Sequence record: MT446415.1
DNA: 64,000 nt
From: Escherichia virus TH44
Reading direction: 5' to 3' (one strand)
The position numbers were made by a program, and so were the translations under genes. The stretch's first letter is position 1. Each line of letters begins with the position of its first letter. This document shows, piece by piece, positions 1 through 11,418 of the stretch. The notes under the pieces are model-generated. The model was not told the DNA's origin and made no database searches. It saw only the letters and a list, made by a program, of their open reading frames with translations.

Positions 1-1573
1 AACGAGTATCATCACGGCGAGACCAGTTAAAGAACGGTTCAGCGTAATATGACATACGTCCAGGTTTAAACTCTTCCCAACCTGAATCTTTATTTGACCT
101 AAAACTCATCATCAAATAATGCTTGTCATGTATCCATTGTTCATCATACACATATTTGACTGCTTCGTTAACTTCTTCAGGATACTTAGCAGGGAGTTCG
201 GTATCTGGCTCAACGGAATAACGGAAGTTACTTGAACTGATAAAAAGTTCAATTCCATCAGTTGACATGCTTGTGTAACCATGTTCAATACGGCGACGTT
301 CATCCTCTGTATTACCAAAAACTCGTGTCCATGTATCGGTATCGGTATTTAATTTATAAACACCCTTTGATAATGAATCGACAACGTTTTCAGGCTTAGT
401 CGGGTCTTGGCGTTCTTCCTTTACTTCACCCGTGATTAATGCAAACACTTCACCGTCAATTGAATCCATCTTGTAACAAACAGCTTTTGGGTTGCCGCTT
501 ATTGTGCTATATCCAGCTTCAAATAATTTTTCACCGAATGTTGGGGAGTTAGGGTCGTTATCAATTGGAGCATCAGAAGATTTAGCTTTATATACACGGT
601 CGCGGCCAGCAACGTAAATCATGGAATCGGTCGTGGTAATTGCTTCGGCAATTGTTGAGATATATGCCGGAAGTCTTGCGTATGTGCCAAATATTTCAAT
701 ATCAAATCCGAGATTGATATCCGAACCAATTTTTGCAAATGTTATATCCTGAGAACTGAATCGAACATCATCAGCAGACCATCTTATGTCACTTGATTTA
801 CGACCGTAAAAAATTCGGTCATATCCGAGTACATAAGTTGTCGTATCTGATTGATAATAAATTGTGCGCGATACTGGGTTACCGATACGGTCATTAAACA
901 ATTTTACATAATACCAGTTCTGCCCTTTATCATTGGAGACTTTGACAGTTGTCTGGAATCGTTCAAACAAATACAGTACACCACCAAGTTCAGCAATCAT
1001 CGTACGATTAACATCGTTACACACTGGCTGAATACTGCCCTGAATTTCGTGATATTGGTCTTCTTTTAATACATAGTTTGAAATTGAAGACAAATGAGAA
1101 TAAGCAGGAGTAAAGCTAAAATCTTCAGACATCAACGATGCCATAATTGCATCATTATTAAAGTTGATATAAGCCTGATTATTGTTTGTGAATTTTTCTT
1201 CGATGAATTTATTTGTTAATGTAAACTCACGCATGTGTTCAAATGTGTATGCGTTAGTTGCAAAGGTTTCAAATTCTTCGGTATAAACCCAATCAGATTG
1301 TTCAAAACCCATTGCTGCAACAGCAACACGCATTTTGTAAAATGACACTGGACGAATAAAATCTTGTTCGAACCATTCATTGTCTGGAGTATAACCTAAA
1401 TTCCTCCATAACAGATTTTCTTCTGGAATAGCAACACCATTTTCTTTTGTCGTAGCAATCTCAACAAAATAATAAAAGTTGGCGCCAACATTATCCCATT
1501 TTATGCTAACCTGGTTAGCAGATAGTTTATCAATCCGTAAGCTGGTTACATAAGGGGCTTTAACACTCATCAT
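1..1573 (-). CDS. 7: baseplate wedge protein gp7, N-terminal ~524 codons (gene runs past window start)
   Basis: Open minus-strand frame from ATG at 1573 to window edge; N-terminus MMSVKAPYVTSLRIDKLSANQ resembles T4 gp7; lies after gene 6 as in T4. Confidence 0.8.
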   Translation of the reverse strand, partial: MMSVKAPYVTSLRIDKLSANQVSIKWDNVGANFYYFVEIATTKENGVAIPEENLLWRNLGYTPDNEWFEQDFIRPVSFYKMRVAVAAMGFEQSDWVYTEEFETFATNAYTFEHMREFTLTNKFIEEKFTNNNQAYINFNNDAIMASLMSEDFSFTPAYSHLSSISNYVLKEDQYHEIQGSIQPVCNDVNRTMIAELGGVLYLFERFQTTVKVSNDKGQNWYYVKLFNDRIGNPVSRTIYYQSDTTTYVLGYDRIFYGRKSSDIRWSADDVRFSSQDITFAKIGSDINLGFDIEIFGTYARLPAYISTIAEAITTTDSMIYVAGRDRVYKAKSSDAPIDNDPNSPTFGEKLFEAGYSTISGNPKAVCYKMDSIDGEVFALITGEVKEERQDPTKPENVVDSLSKGVYKLNTDTDTWTRVFGNTEDERRRIEHGYTSMSTDGIELFISSSNFRYSVEPDTELPAKYPEEVNEAVKYVYDEQWIHDKHYLMMSFRSNKDSGWEEFKPGRMSYYAEPFFNWSRRDDTR

Positions 1574-1601
1574 GGTTTCCTTAAAAAGCCTCCGAAGAGG
1601 C

Positions 1602-3548
1602 TTATAGTGTAATTGGTTCAAGGTCAATCTTTGTATATTGCGGACGAAGGTCATTCTCAAATACAATCAGTGAACCATCTTGCGTGTATATATTATCTTG
1701 GTTAGGACTTGCATAAAGTTCGATTGATTGAACTTCAAAGCGCTCGGAGGTCAATCCAATCGCGGCGATATCCCAAAAAATATAATCAGAGTAATAGTCA
1801 ATTTCGCCAATTGCGTAATAAACTGTTTGGTCAGCCGGAGCTTCCATTTTATTAAAGTCATCTTGCAGGTAAGGCTGGATGTTTACATTTTCAATAACAT
1901 CGCCTGGACGGAATGGACCAATTACCATTTTACCATCGCCACGAGAATCTTTATCAGTTGCAACAATGCGAACGTTATAGGCTTCACCCGTGGTCGGAAC
2001 AAATTCAAATTCACTTGATTCGACTGAACGGTTGCCATACTGGTTATAGTATTTAATGCCGGATTCTGGAGTCTTAAAGAAGTTCAGGACTTCACGCACC
2101 ATCGAAATGGTTGCAGATGAACCAAGAATACTATGGTCAGTATTATCCACATACGTAAGCATTTTTGACTTAGCAAAACTTCTGTTAAAGATTTCAACTT
2201 CATCGATATAATAACGGTCAATCTGATTAATGATTTGTGCTTGCAGCCATTGTTCAGATTCTTGTAATTTGTTCAGCGCATAAGATACTTTGATATTATG
2301 TTTAAGGAACAAATAATCCGGAGAAATTACCGAGGGTGTAATTGTTGATACGTTGAACTCGCTAAGGTAGTTCTGGATGTCCTCACGCTGCACTGCAGTG
2401 AGATACAAGCCCGATTTAGGCTTAACTGATATAAACGCATACCCAGGCTTATTTGCGTCTGTAAACGTCTGTACGGCTTGCACGATTGAACCAAATCTTT
2501 CAGATACGAAGGTATCATAATCTGTTCCGGTGACAGCACGCATCTGCGCTTCACGTTTAACAACAGCCAGTTCACGGATACGTTCGATATCTTCTGGGTC
2601 ACCACCGCCATCGGCACCGACATAATCAGGGTCGTTGTTGTAGTTTTCAGTAATTTTATCCACTGTGATATAAGACAAAGTATCGGCATAACTGAAATCA
2701 ACAGCGCCGTTTGCATCTGCCCCTGAGGTACGAAGATATTCAATAACAATTGTCGAATCTTGCACCGGTTTGAGACCGCCAATATAGTTGGCTTCCATAA
2801 CGCCACCGGCTACGGATTTGGTGGATTCACCTTCACCGAAGAAAAATTCAGTATAGCCATCGATTGTTTCACGCATATAAAATATGGTGGAAGTCGAACC
2901 AGCATGGACCATTGATTTGTTCGTCCAGTCAACCCACTCAACACCGTTCACATATAACTTAACTTCTTTGCGGTCGATATCCGGGTCGCGAATAAGAATA
3001 GGTTGTTTCGGGTCATATAAAAGTTCTGTACGAATAATACGGCCCTGGGCCAGAGATACAATCGGAAGGTATTGGTTGTTAATATCTTTAACCGCAATAA
3101 CGTTTTCCGTGGTAACAAAAACATAAGGGTCAGCTGATGTATCACGAGCATATGCCAGGAATTTAGTTCCTCGTGGGATTTCAATATTCGATGGTTGCAG
3201 AGCATGAGAACATGTCAACATAACCGAAGTCTTTGCGGCCGAACGTGAAGATGGAAGATATCCATTATCCTGTGCCGCCTGAACAACCGAAGACCTTAAG
3301 TTTGCAGTTCCGATAAATGATTCATAAACTGCTGTATTAGCAAACTGCTGCATATAAAGTGTATTATACGCAAGCATGTCAATCAGGATATTCATTCGCG
3401 AACCTACGAAATCATAATCCTTAAATTCATCCTGGCTTGATAACCAGTCGATGATGTTCTTTTTAATTTCTTCAAACGTAGCTCCCACAAATACTTTTGG
3501 GATAGCGTTAACGGTTCTTGTTAATTGGTAATTCGTAGGAGTAGCCAT
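1602..3548 (-). CDS. 6: baseplate wedge protein gp6
   Basis: 648 aa; N-terminus MATPTNYQLTRTVNAIP...DYDFVGSRMNIL matches remembered T4 gp6; T4 gene order. Confidence 0.9.
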   Translation of the reverse strand: MATPTNYQLTRTVNAIPKVFVGATFEEIKKNIIDWLSSQDEFKDYDFVGSRMNILIDMLAYNTLYMQQFANTAVYESFIGTANLRSSVVQAAQDNGYLPSSRSAAKTSVMLTCSHALQPSNIEIPRGTKFLAYARDTSADPYVFVTTENVIAVKDINNQYLPIVSLAQGRIIRTELLYDPKQPILIRDPDIDRKEVKLYVNGVEWVDWTNKSMVHAGSTSTIFYMRETIDGYTEFFFGEGESTKSVAGGVMEANYIGGLKPVQDSTIVIEYLRTSGADANGAVDFSYADTLSYITVDKITENYNNDPDYVGADGGGDPEDIERIRELAVVKREAQMRAVTGTDYDTFVSERFGSIVQAVQTFTDANKPGYAFISVKPKSGLYLTAVQREDIQNYLSEFNVSTITPSVISPDYLFLKHNIKVSYALNKLQESEQWLQAQIINQIDRYYIDEVEIFNRSFAKSKMLTYVDNTDHSILGSSATISMVREVLNFFKTPESGIKYYNQYGNRSVESSEFEFVPTTGEAYNVRIVATDKDSRGDGKMVIGPFRPGDVIENVNIQPYLQDDFNKMEAPADQTVYYAIGEIDYYSDYIFWDIAAIGLTSERFEVQSIELYASPNQDNIYTQDGSLIVFENDLRPQYTKIDLEPITL

Positions 3549-3556
3549 TTTATTTC

Positions 3557-3850
3557 CTATTTTATAAAGACTTTTGATGAGGCTTGAGCCACAGTATCAC
3601 CACATGAAATCGGGTCTGCCATTTGAACAGCTTTCTTACCGGTAACAAATACTTTTGATGTGCGCGGTTGTGTTACTCCACCGTGAGTTTCATATGGTTT
3701 TTTAATTTCGGTATGCTCGGTAATAGGGTCCCCGGCAACTAACACCGGAATTCCCCCGGTGAATACTTTACCTTGAGTTGCATTAATTACAGTCGGTGGC
3801 CATGCTTCGTGGCCTGCTGTAACACATTGATTGAAACTTAATCCAGCCAT
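3557..3850 (-). CDS. 5.4: PAAR-repeat spike-tip protein gp5.4
   Basis: 97 aa, same length and position as T4 gp5.4; start overlaps 5.1 stop (TAATG). Confidence 0.8.
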   Translation of the reverse strand: MAGLSFNQCVTAGHEAWPPTVINATQGKVFTGGIPVLVAGDPITEHTEIKKPYETHGGVTQPRTSKVFVTGKKAVQMADPISCGDTVAQASSKVFIK

Positions 3851-4371
3851 TAATCCCTCGCATATACGTATGAACGCAATTTATCTGCCCATCTTGACCA
3901 GTTACCAACGATAGTTTTTGTGTAAACTTTTGTCATTGTTTTTCTTACTGGAGCAGGAGGTGGGTCGGTCTCATTACCCGCACGGCTATTACTGCCACCA
4001 GAGCTCCCTGTGTCTCCACCAGAGCTCTCTTCTTGAAAGTCATAGGTTAGGGTTACCGTGTATGAAAAGACTCTCTGGAGGCTCGCTGGGGCCCTCCAGA
4101 GATACAATTGAGTACTCTTATCGGTAGGAAGGTCTTCCCATGAACCAGCAGTTTTGAATTCATCATTAAGCCGATATTTAAGTGCATCATCTGCGAATCC
4201 GAACACGGATTCATAAACGCCATAAAGATGATTCTCCTCAACATTAACGCCAGGGGTGGCCTCATATTCAGTTATATTTATTTCGACTAATGTTTCGTTT
4301 GTTTCTAATTGAGCTGTAAACGTAACATCGATTGAGGCTCCTTCCATGGAGTCTCCTAAGTCAGTGCTCAT
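3850..4371 (-). CDS. 5.1: gp5.1-like protein
   Basis: ORF between genes 5 and 5.4; first ATG downstream of gene 5 stop chosen (track ORF begins at TTG 4431). Confidence 0.6.
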   Translation of the reverse strand: MSTDLGDSMEGASIDVTFTAQLETNETLVEINITEYEATPGVNVEENHLYGVYESVFGFADDALKYRLNDEFKTAGSWEDLPTDKSTQLYLWRAPASLQRVFSYTVTLTYDFQEESSGGDTGSSGGSNSRAGNETDPPPAPVRKTMTKVYTKTIVGNWSRWADKLRSYVYARD

Positions 4372-4381
4372 TGGAAGTATA

Positions 4382-6124
4382 TTAGCCAATGTCAATCCTC
4401 GAACCATCAATAGTATATTGACCAGATGCAATAGAACTCATTGTTGACATTGTTTCGGACCAATTGCCAGCCACGGTCATATCAACGTTTCCATTAACGG
4501 ACCATTTGACATTACCATTTACCGTATAATCATGGTTACCTTCGACAAGAGTTTTTGCGTCACCTTTAACAGTTATTTCAGCATTACCTTCGACCAAAAT
4601 ACTTACATTACCTTTGACAATAATTGTACCGTCACCTTCAATGGTTTTGGTTTCATTCCCACGAATATGAATGCTTTCGTTTCCATCGGTCTGACGACGA
4701 ACGTTAGCCATATTATAATAGGTTTCATCACCACCAACGTTGACTTTATTATTACCGCCAACGTAAGTACTCGAATCGCCCTGGGTCATATAATAACCAT
4801 CAGCCACTGTCTTCGAAGTCTTACGACCGTCTGGTGCAACTTCCTCATAGGAACCGGTTGGATGAATCAGTCGATAACGTTCTTGTCCAGGGGTGTTATC
4901 AAATTCCTGAATATGACCGCCTTCAGTTTGCATTGTCTGCACGTAAGGATATTCGCCCTTGTAACTGGATTCTGGCTCTTTAAACAGAATCCTCGTATCT
5001 TCTGGAGTCCATGGGTCGGCTGGGTCAGAATTTGCAGGGGCTGCAAAGGTTTGAATCATCCTATATGAACGCCCTTTAAATGACCTTTCTTTAGGGGCCA
5101 TAATACCATATGATTCCATGTTACCTGTAAGGATAATCATTGATACCCTTGATGCACGGCCTTTAGTTTGGTTAAACCATACAGAATCACGAGCGGCATC
5201 AAATGCTTTCTTATAATCTCCAGCTAACATTGCAGCGAGCATCGTTTTAAATTTAGCAAGCCCACCCAATCCCATTTGGAAAGCCATGTTTTCAAGAGCC
5301 ATTTGTCTCGAACGGTTTTCTTTATTGTAAACTGGACCCACGACACTATGTCGACCTATATCGTTTTGCACTTTTTTAAGGTCTTCTTGGAATAATTTAG
5401 AGGCCTCGTCCATTGATATTGCACCAGGGTTACCTTTAACTTCACGGCCTATTTGATTAGATAATATTTTGTTTATCTGATTCATATCTCTAATAGGTTG
5501 TGGTGCAATCAAGTGTCCTATACCTATAGTAGGATAACCTTCGGTGTCCCAATATACTTTCAAACGAAGACCTTCATCACGGTGAAGCATATTTTCAATT
5601 GTGAAATTAGGATTATCATCTGGCTTAACTTGACTCAAATCAAGGCCATCGGGGTTAATACCAAGGTCAAGGTTTGCATCCTGAATTACGTTCGAAGTTG
5701 CATCATAACCGACCTCACCGCCTCGGTTGAGCGCAGCAGCATCATTACCTACATAAAGTGGATATTGTCCTGTGGGGTCAGAGAAGCCTTCGTTGGGATT
5801 TGCTTTTTGTCTTGAGGCTGAACCATATGTACCAAGGACTAATCCGTTAAGTTTCCACTTGTCTAAAAAGTGACCATACACTTGAGTCCCTGGCACCATA
5901 CCGGTCATTGCAGTTTGAATACCCGAAACTGATGCAGATGATGTTGGCATCAATACAGACATCCATGGCAGGTCTTCAGTTCTGATACCTTTTACAGGCC
6001 CTTGCGATTTCTCATATGGATGCATACCCCATACACGGACACGGACTCGACCTTGTTGAAGTGGGTCCATTCGGTCTTCGACAACACCGACGAACCAACT
6101 TACACTATCTGACATATTAATCAT
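4382..6124 (-). CDS. 5: baseplate hub and tail lysozyme gp5
   Basis: 580 aa; internal lysozyme motif GYPTIGIGHLI; C-terminal VxGxxxxx beta-helix repeats; start overlaps gene 53 stop (ATGA). Confidence 0.93.
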   Translation of the reverse strand: MINMSDSVSWFVGVVEDRMDPLQQGRVRVRVWGMHPYEKSQGPVKGIRTEDLPWMSVLMPTSSASVSGIQTAMTGMVPGTQVYGHFLDKWKLNGLVLGTYGSASRQKANPNEGFSDPTGQYPLYVGNDAAALNRGGEVGYDATSNVIQDANLDLGINPDGLDLSQVKPDDNPNFTIENMLHRDEGLRLKVYWDTEGYPTIGIGHLIAPQPIRDMNQINKILSNQIGREVKGNPGAISMDEASKLFQEDLKKVQNDIGRHSVVGPVYNKENRSRQMALENMAFQMGLGGLAKFKTMLAAMLAGDYKKAFDAARDSVWFNQTKGRASRVSMIILTGNMESYGIMAPKERSFKGRSYRMIQTFAAPANSDPADPWTPEDTRILFKEPESSYKGEYPYVQTMQTEGGHIQEFDNTPGQERYRLIHPTGSYEEVAPDGRKTSKTVADGYYMTQGDSSTYVGGNNKVNVGGDETYYNMANVRRQTDGNESIHIRGNETKTIEGDGTIIVKGNVSILVEGNAEITVKGDAKTLVEGNHDYTVNGNVKWSVNGNVDMTVAGNWSETMSTMSSIASGQYTIDGSRIDIG

Positions 6125-6723
6125 AATGACTTCTCCATCTCACGGATTAATGCCGAAATAAATGATTCGATATCATTAGGGTCGATTATCTTTATTTCTC
6201 GTTTATATTCATTTTTGCGAATAGCATCTTCATAGATATCTACTGCAGCTAATGGACCTTCATATTGGGGGTACAATTTATTCTTATCACCTTTATCATA
6301 CCAGGTGTACGGATTATCAGGATAAGAAACAAGATTCCAGAATTTTTCACCATCTTCATTTACATGATAAAGAACCTGATTACCACCTATATTCGAATAG
6401 CGTTGAATTGATGCCTGATACGATGATTCTTGTGAACATATCCAACCATAATAAGGGTCATAGATATTATTAAGCATAAGGAGAACCCAATAGAGTTGCG
6501 TGTTCCCATAGAGCTGGTATGCAAGTTCTTCAGGTCTCGGAGCTCCGGCGATGTAATATGTTTTTGGTGTATAATTAACCGCAACCTTATCAAAATAGGC
6601 ACGATAGTTTCTGAAGATGTCAGTCATTGGGATGCTTAAGACGTCTTCTTTCGTTAATGATGCCGAGTTTTTTCTGATTGTTTTTGCATCATAATCAATT
6701 GGGTTAAAAAATGAAAAAAGCAT
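6121..6723 (-). CDS. 53: baseplate wedge protein gp53
   Basis: N-terminus MLFSFFNPIDYDAK resembles T4 gp53 (MLFTFF...); ATG at 6723 with GGAGG 5 nt upstream (track ORF starts at upstream TTG). Confidence 0.88.
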   Translation of the reverse strand: MLFSFFNPIDYDAKTIRKNSASLTKEDVLSIPMTDIFRNYRAYFDKVAVNYTPKTYYIAGAPRPEELAYQLYGNTQLYWVLLMLNNIYDPYYGWICSQESSYQASIQRYSNIGGNQVLYHVNEDGEKFWNLVSYPDNPYTWYDKGDKNKLYPQYEGPLAAVDIYEDAIRKNEYKREIKIIDPNDIESFISALIREMEKSL

Positions 6724-6735
6724 AAAGCCTCCATT

Positions 6736-6743
6736 TATAAATA
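6736..6743 (+). promoter_or_regulatory. T4-type late promoter TATAAATA for gene 4; divergent 7/8 late-like box on the other strand (6754-6761) for gene 53
   Basis: Exact TATAAATA about 28 nt before gene 4 ATG with SD taggagg in between. Confidence 0.6.
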
Positions 6744-6771
6744 AGTATATCAATATTTATTAGGAGGCTAT

Positions 6772-7221
6772 ATGGCATACTCCGGGAAATTTAAGCCCAC
6801 CAATATAGAAAAATATAAGGGCGACTGGAAGAAAATACAATACCGGTCAAGCTGGGAGGCTTGGTTGATGAGATGGCTCGACAATCATCCGAACGTTGTT
6901 CAATGGGGCTCTGAGACTGTGATTATTCCATACTTCTGCAATGCTGAAGGGAAAAAGCGCAGATATTATATGGATTTCTGGGTTAAGTTTGATACAGGGC
7001 AACAGTTCTTTTTTGAAGTTAAGCCGTTAAAAGAAACAAGACCCCCAACCAAACCGGCTAATAATACCACTGCGAGTAAAAAGAGATTTATTAACGAAAT
7101 GTACACCTGGAGCGTTAACTCTGACAAATGGAAAGCTGCACAAGCTACCGCGGATAAGATGGGTATAACTTTCAGGATAATCACTGAAAACTCACTGAAA
7201 AAATTAGGATGGAAAGGATGA
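6772..7221 (+). CDS. 4: head completion protein gp4
   Basis: 149 aa; MAYSGKF...[11 protein letters not shown] resembles T4 gp4. Confidence 0.92.
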   Translation: MAYSGKFKPTNIEKYKGDWKKIQYRSSWEAWLMRWLDNHPNVVQWGSETVIIPYFCNAEGKKRRYYMDFWVKFDTGQQFFFEVKPLKETRPPTKPANNTTASKKRFINEMYTWSVNSDKWKAAQATADKMGITFRIITENSLKKLGWKG

Positions 7222-8042
7222 GTATTTTTACATTTATCAATGAATCTGCAGATAAACCAGGTCCGAAACCCAGTAAATCAGAACAACAATGGGTTGAAAT
7301 AGGGGTTGAATTTTATACAGCAAAAGAAAAGGGAATGACCTCGAAGAAGTTTGCTGAAGAGAAAGGAATCAACTATTCGACCTTTACCAAAAGCATGTCA
7401 AGATATCATTCGAGAATTCAGACTGCTTATAAAGTATCCAAGCTCAAAAAGAAACCTGCTGGTAAACTTACGAAGGCTGAACGTCAGCTGATAATGGTGA
7501 ATAGCTTTAGAAAGAGCATAAGAGATAAGATTGCTAACGAAGGCGCTGCAAGCAACACCAAATCTGCCAGATGGTTCGCTGAGACAATTAAGAAATCAGT
7601 TCGTGGTCACGTAACGGCTAAACCCCAACCGGGTAAGATTTATGCTTATATCTATGATGCAAAGCATAAGGATACTCTTCCGTACTGGGACAAATATCCG
7701 TTAATCATTTATCTTGGGCTAGGTAAGCACAATTTGATGTATGGTTTGAACTTGCACTATATTCCACCGAAGGCACGTCAAGAGTTCCTTGAGGAACTTC
7801 TTAAGCAATATGCTAATACTCCTACGATTACGAACAAGACTCATCTGAAGATTGATTGGTCAAAGGTAAAGGGATTTAAAGGGGCTGACCAGATGATTAA
7901 AGCATATATACCTGGCAATATAAAAGGTACTATCACTGAAATCAAGCCCAGCGACTGGGCAAACGTGGTATTACTCCCCCTTCAGCAGTTCATGTCGAAA
8001 GGCAAAAGATATTCTTCCCAGAAAGTATGGAGAAATTCATAA
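7209..8042 (+). CDS. 2: DNA end protector protein gp2
   Basis: 277 aa ORF in T4 gene-2 position (T4 gp2 is 274 aa); called by synteny and size. Confidence 0.8.
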   Translation: MERMSIFTFINESADKPGPKPSKSEQQWVEIGVEFYTAKEKGMTSKKFAEEKGINYSTFTKSMSRYHSRIQTAYKVSKLKKKPAGKLTKAERQLIMVNSFRKSIRDKIANEGAASNTKSARWFAETIKKSVRGHVTAKPQPGKIYAYIYDAKHKDTLPYWDKYPLIIYLGLGKHNLMYGLNLHYIPPKARQEFLEELLKQYANTPTITNKTHLKIDWSKVKGFKGADQMIKAYIPGNIKGTITEIKPSDWANVVLLPLQQFMSKGKRYSSQKVWRNS

Positions 8043-8053
8043 TCTATTATCGG

Positions 8054-8101
8054 TCAGTGTTATTGGTAAGGACAAAAGGTCTAGAACCATTATAACACTG
8101 A
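8054..8101 (+). repeat. 10-bp perfect inverted repeat (tcagtgttat / ataacactga) with 28-nt spacer between genes 2 and 3
   Basis: Read directly from sequence; possible RNA hairpin or protein-binding site. Confidence 0.5.
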
Positions 8102-8127
8102 TTGTTTTAAAGCAAACAAGGTGCACT

Positions 8128-8727
8128 ATGTCAGGTTTATATAATCAAACTAACACGACTAACTTTATATTAGAGGTGAGCGATTCAAACCTCACACAGA
8201 CCTTTAAACTAAACGTTCAAGACGTTACCCTCCCAGGGGTTCACATTCCTGTGACGGATGTTCCTGGCGGAACACAAGGTATAAATCGCTCCAGTCTTCC
8301 TGGTAGTACAATAGAATTCGACCCGCTGATTGTTAACTTTCTGTGTGACAAAGACCTAAGAGCGTGGCTTGACATCTATAAATGGATGCTCTCGCTCAAC
8401 AACTACATCACACACGAATCAAAAGCATGGCATCCGAAGGGTCGTCCCGAAGCGGTCACGCTTCATATCTTAGATAACAACAAGGACAAAATTGTCATGT
8501 CAATCCATTACTATGGAGCATGGCCGTCCGACCTGTCAGAGATTCAGTACTCATATAAAGAAGATTCTGACCCGGCTATCAATGCAACAGCAACTTTTAA
8601 CTTTAAGTCTTTTGCTGTAGAAATTGATGGTATAATAATAGAAGGTAGACCACAGATTGATAGTAATGCAGCAATGCAACAGGAAATCAGGTCTAAGTCA
8701 ATGCATCCATCTATGAGAAACGTATGA
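8128..8727 (+). CDS. 3: tail completion / sheath stabiliser gp3
   Basis: 199 aa ORF in T4 gene-3 position between 2 and 1; called by synteny. Confidence 0.7.
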   Translation: MSGLYNQTNTTNFILEVSDSNLTQTFKLNVQDVTLPGVHIPVTDVPGGTQGINRSSLPGSTIEFDPLIVNFLCDKDLRAWLDIYKWMLSLNNYITHESKAWHPKGRPEAVTLHILDNNKDKIVMSIHYYGAWPSDLSEIQYSYKEDSDPAINATATFNFKSFAVEIDGIIIEGRPQIDSNAAMQQEIRSKSMHPSMRNV

Positions 8728-9400
8728 AATTAATTGCGATTGTGGGTAAAAAACGCAGTGGTAAAGATACGACTGCTGATTATGTTATTAGTCAAAACGG
8801 AACAAAGTGGCAGCTTGCAGGTCCGATTAAAGAAGCGCTTTATAAAGCGTGGATTCGTCAAGACCTGCCACACAATTTGACCCTGGAAAATTTTGATGGA
8901 CAAGGTTATGACCGTGAAAAAACCTTGATAATGAACAACACCGAAGCTCATATTCTTCTGGCTGATGCTCTTGAATGGTTGAAACAACAATACAATCTCG
9001 ACCTTCCGAATCCGGATATGGTTCGTAAAATTATTGAATTTCACACACTAAATAATGTTGAGCCCTGGACAGTTAGACGTTTCATGCAGACCCTTGGAAC
9101 TGACATTGTTTGTACAGAGTTCGACAGCATGTTTTGGATTAAAACTTTTGCCTGCGACTATCTTGACAACCTCTATTCTGGATATAAATATTACGTTGTC
9201 CCAGATGTTCGCCAAAAGAACGAACTTGATTCGCTTCGGGCGATGGGTGCTACAATAATCTTTGTAGAACGCGATGAAGCAAATCATTCTACTGATACAC
9301 ACATTACGGAAGCTGGACTTCCACCACTAGCTAGTGACATTGTTATTAAAAACGATGGCACACTCGAAGAACTTTTTGATAAAATTAATAAGGTAATATA

Positions 9401-9401
<1 letters not shown>
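8724..9401 (+). CDS. 1: deoxynucleoside monophosphate kinase gp1
   Basis: MKLIAIVGKKRSGKDTTADYV P-loop start and ...THITEAGLP...NDGTLEELF resemble T4 gp1. Confidence 0.92.
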
Positions 9402-10092
<691 letters not shown>

Positions 10093-10152
10093 TGTACAAA
10101 TGAGTGTAGGTGCAGTATTATGCACCTACGTCAACGAACAAACGGAGTTAAA

Positions 10153-10485
10153 ATGAACATCAAAACTTACAACGAGTTTTTAGCCGAATCCGCCATCAAT
10201 GAGACCAAATCAATTGATGATAGTGAAGGCTCTCTGAAATTTGGTTTATCCAAAAATGCAGATGGTGTTTTCTTTCAGATTGGTAATGAACGTTTTCAAA
10301 CGTCCAAATATTCCAAAGCTGCAGTTGAAGCTGTCCTGAAATCTGGTGGCAAGTGGAAAGGCAAAGAAGGTACTAAAGAAATTGGTATCGCTGTTGACGG
10401 TGGTATGGCTTATTTTAAAATTGGCGATGAACAATTTATTATGTCTGCTCGCGGGCGTAAAGAACTGGCAAAACTTTATAAATAA
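10153..10485 (+). CDS. CTS-tagged internal-protein-like protein
   Basis: Starts MNIKTYNEFLAES (T4 internal-protein capsid-targeting motif); ATG after ggag; track ORF starts upstream at 10120. Confidence 0.65.
   Translation: MNIKTYNEFLAESAINETKSIDDSEGSLKFGLSKNADGVFFQIGNERFQTSKYSKAAVEAVLKSGGKWKGKEGTKEIGIAVDGGMAYFKIGDEQFIMSARGRKELAKLYK
10477..10484 (+). promoter_or_regulatory. T4-type late promoter TATAAATA
   Basis: Exact octamer overlapping stop of previous gene, 9 nt before the 10494 CTS gene. Confidence 0.5.
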
Positions 10486-10493
10486 GGTTTCTT

Positions 10494-10766
10494 ATGAAAA
10501 CTTTCAATGAATTTTTCAACGAGTCACAACTGAATGAAGAAGTAAAAATTAGTAAAGCAGTCAAATCTATGATTGACAATATCAATCACCTGTATAGCAT
10601 TGACTTGACTGACCATATAACAATTGGTAACAAACGCAACTTTTTCGCGTTTGACATTTCAGAACTTGACCAGAACCAAATTAATAACATTGAGCGTTTT
10701 GCCAATGACAAGGGTCTCCGTCATGAGACGGCTGGTTATAAAAAATATGCAATTTATCTAAAATAG
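10494..10766 (+). CDS. CTS-tagged internal-protein-like protein
   Basis: Starts MKTFNEFFNES. Confidence 0.65.
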   Translation: MKTFNEFFNESQLNEEVKISKAVKSMIDNINHLYSIDLTDHITIGNKRNFFAFDISELDQNQINNIERFANDKGLRHETAGYKKYAIYLK

Positions 10767-10774
10767 GATTTCAA

Positions 10775-11074
10775 ATGCAAACGCTCCATGAATTTTTAGT
10801 AGAAAACAATTACCTGGCAGAAGCAAAAACCTGGCCTCTGGGTCTTCAGAAGAAAAACACTTTCAAATGGGTTGACTTCAAAGGTAAAGGTGACGAAGAA
10901 GATTTTATGCAACTGCGTAAAAATGGTTATACCTTCCTTGACTCCAACTATAACAAAATTACCTCTTTTAGTCAGAAGTCAAGCATTGCCTTCATTGAAA
11001 CTGGTAAGAACTCTCCTAAAGATATTTCTGACGACTTCGCCGCTTATGGTGTAATTCGTGGCGGTAAGATGTAA
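10775..11074 (+). CDS. CTS-tagged internal-protein-like protein
   Basis: Starts MQTLHEFLVEN; C-terminal ...YGVIRGGKM tail shared with the 24785 gene. Confidence 0.6.
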   Translation: MQTLHEFLVENNYLAEAKTWPLGLQKKNTFKWVDFKGKGDEEDFMQLRKNGYTFLDSNYNKITSFSQKSSIAFIETGKNSPKDISDDFAAYGVIRGGKM

Positions 11075-11083
11075 ATAACACAA

Positions 11084-11104
11084 GGGGATAATTATCCCCT
11101 TTTT
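11084..11104 (+). terminator. rho-independent terminator
   Basis: ggggataattatcccc palindrome followed by TTTTT. Confidence 0.7.
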
Positions 11105-11120
11105 ATGGCTTGGAGACAAC

Positions 11121-11363
11121 ATGAAAACTTATCAAACATTTATAACAGAATCTTCTCATGGTATGGAAGTTAAACTTGGTCAAGCCCTTGCTGAAGCTGA
11201 GCGTTTGTTTGCACGCATCAAAGAACTTGCTGATTCCGTAGATGCATCATCTTTTAAAGGTGACCAAGGCAAAGTTAAAGCTCTCCTCGCTCTTTGTTCA
11301 GACGCGGGTGAAATTGCTAAGAATGGCACCAAGATGAAAAAACGTCTGGAAGACTTAAAATAA
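11121..11363 (+). CDS. CTS-tagged internal-protein-like protein
   Basis: Starts MKTYQTFITES. Confidence 0.65.
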   Translation: MKTYQTFITESSHGMEVKLGQALAEAERLFARIKELADSVDASSFKGDQGKVKALLALCSDAGEIAKNGTKMKKRLEDLK

Positions 11364-11393
11364 GTATACGCGATGGGATAACTGCATTATAAT
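11364..11393 (+). promoter_or_regulatory. early-promoter cassette (gtatac-N18-tataat) with gggataa/ttatccc inverted repeat around the -10
   Basis: Sigma70-like spacing; followed by conserved leader tatcccatcaactactggagacaacATG. Confidence 0.55.
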
Positions 11394-11418
11394 TATCCCA
11401 TCAACTACTGGAGACAAC

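Noticed and set aside
1728-5815. Plus-strand ORFs (1728-2018, 2884-3126, 4532-5068, 5498-5815) and alternate-frame minus ORFs (2327-2806, 2948-3205) inside genes 6, 5.1 and 5
   Set aside because: Embedded in conserved minus-strand baseplate genes; no independent support
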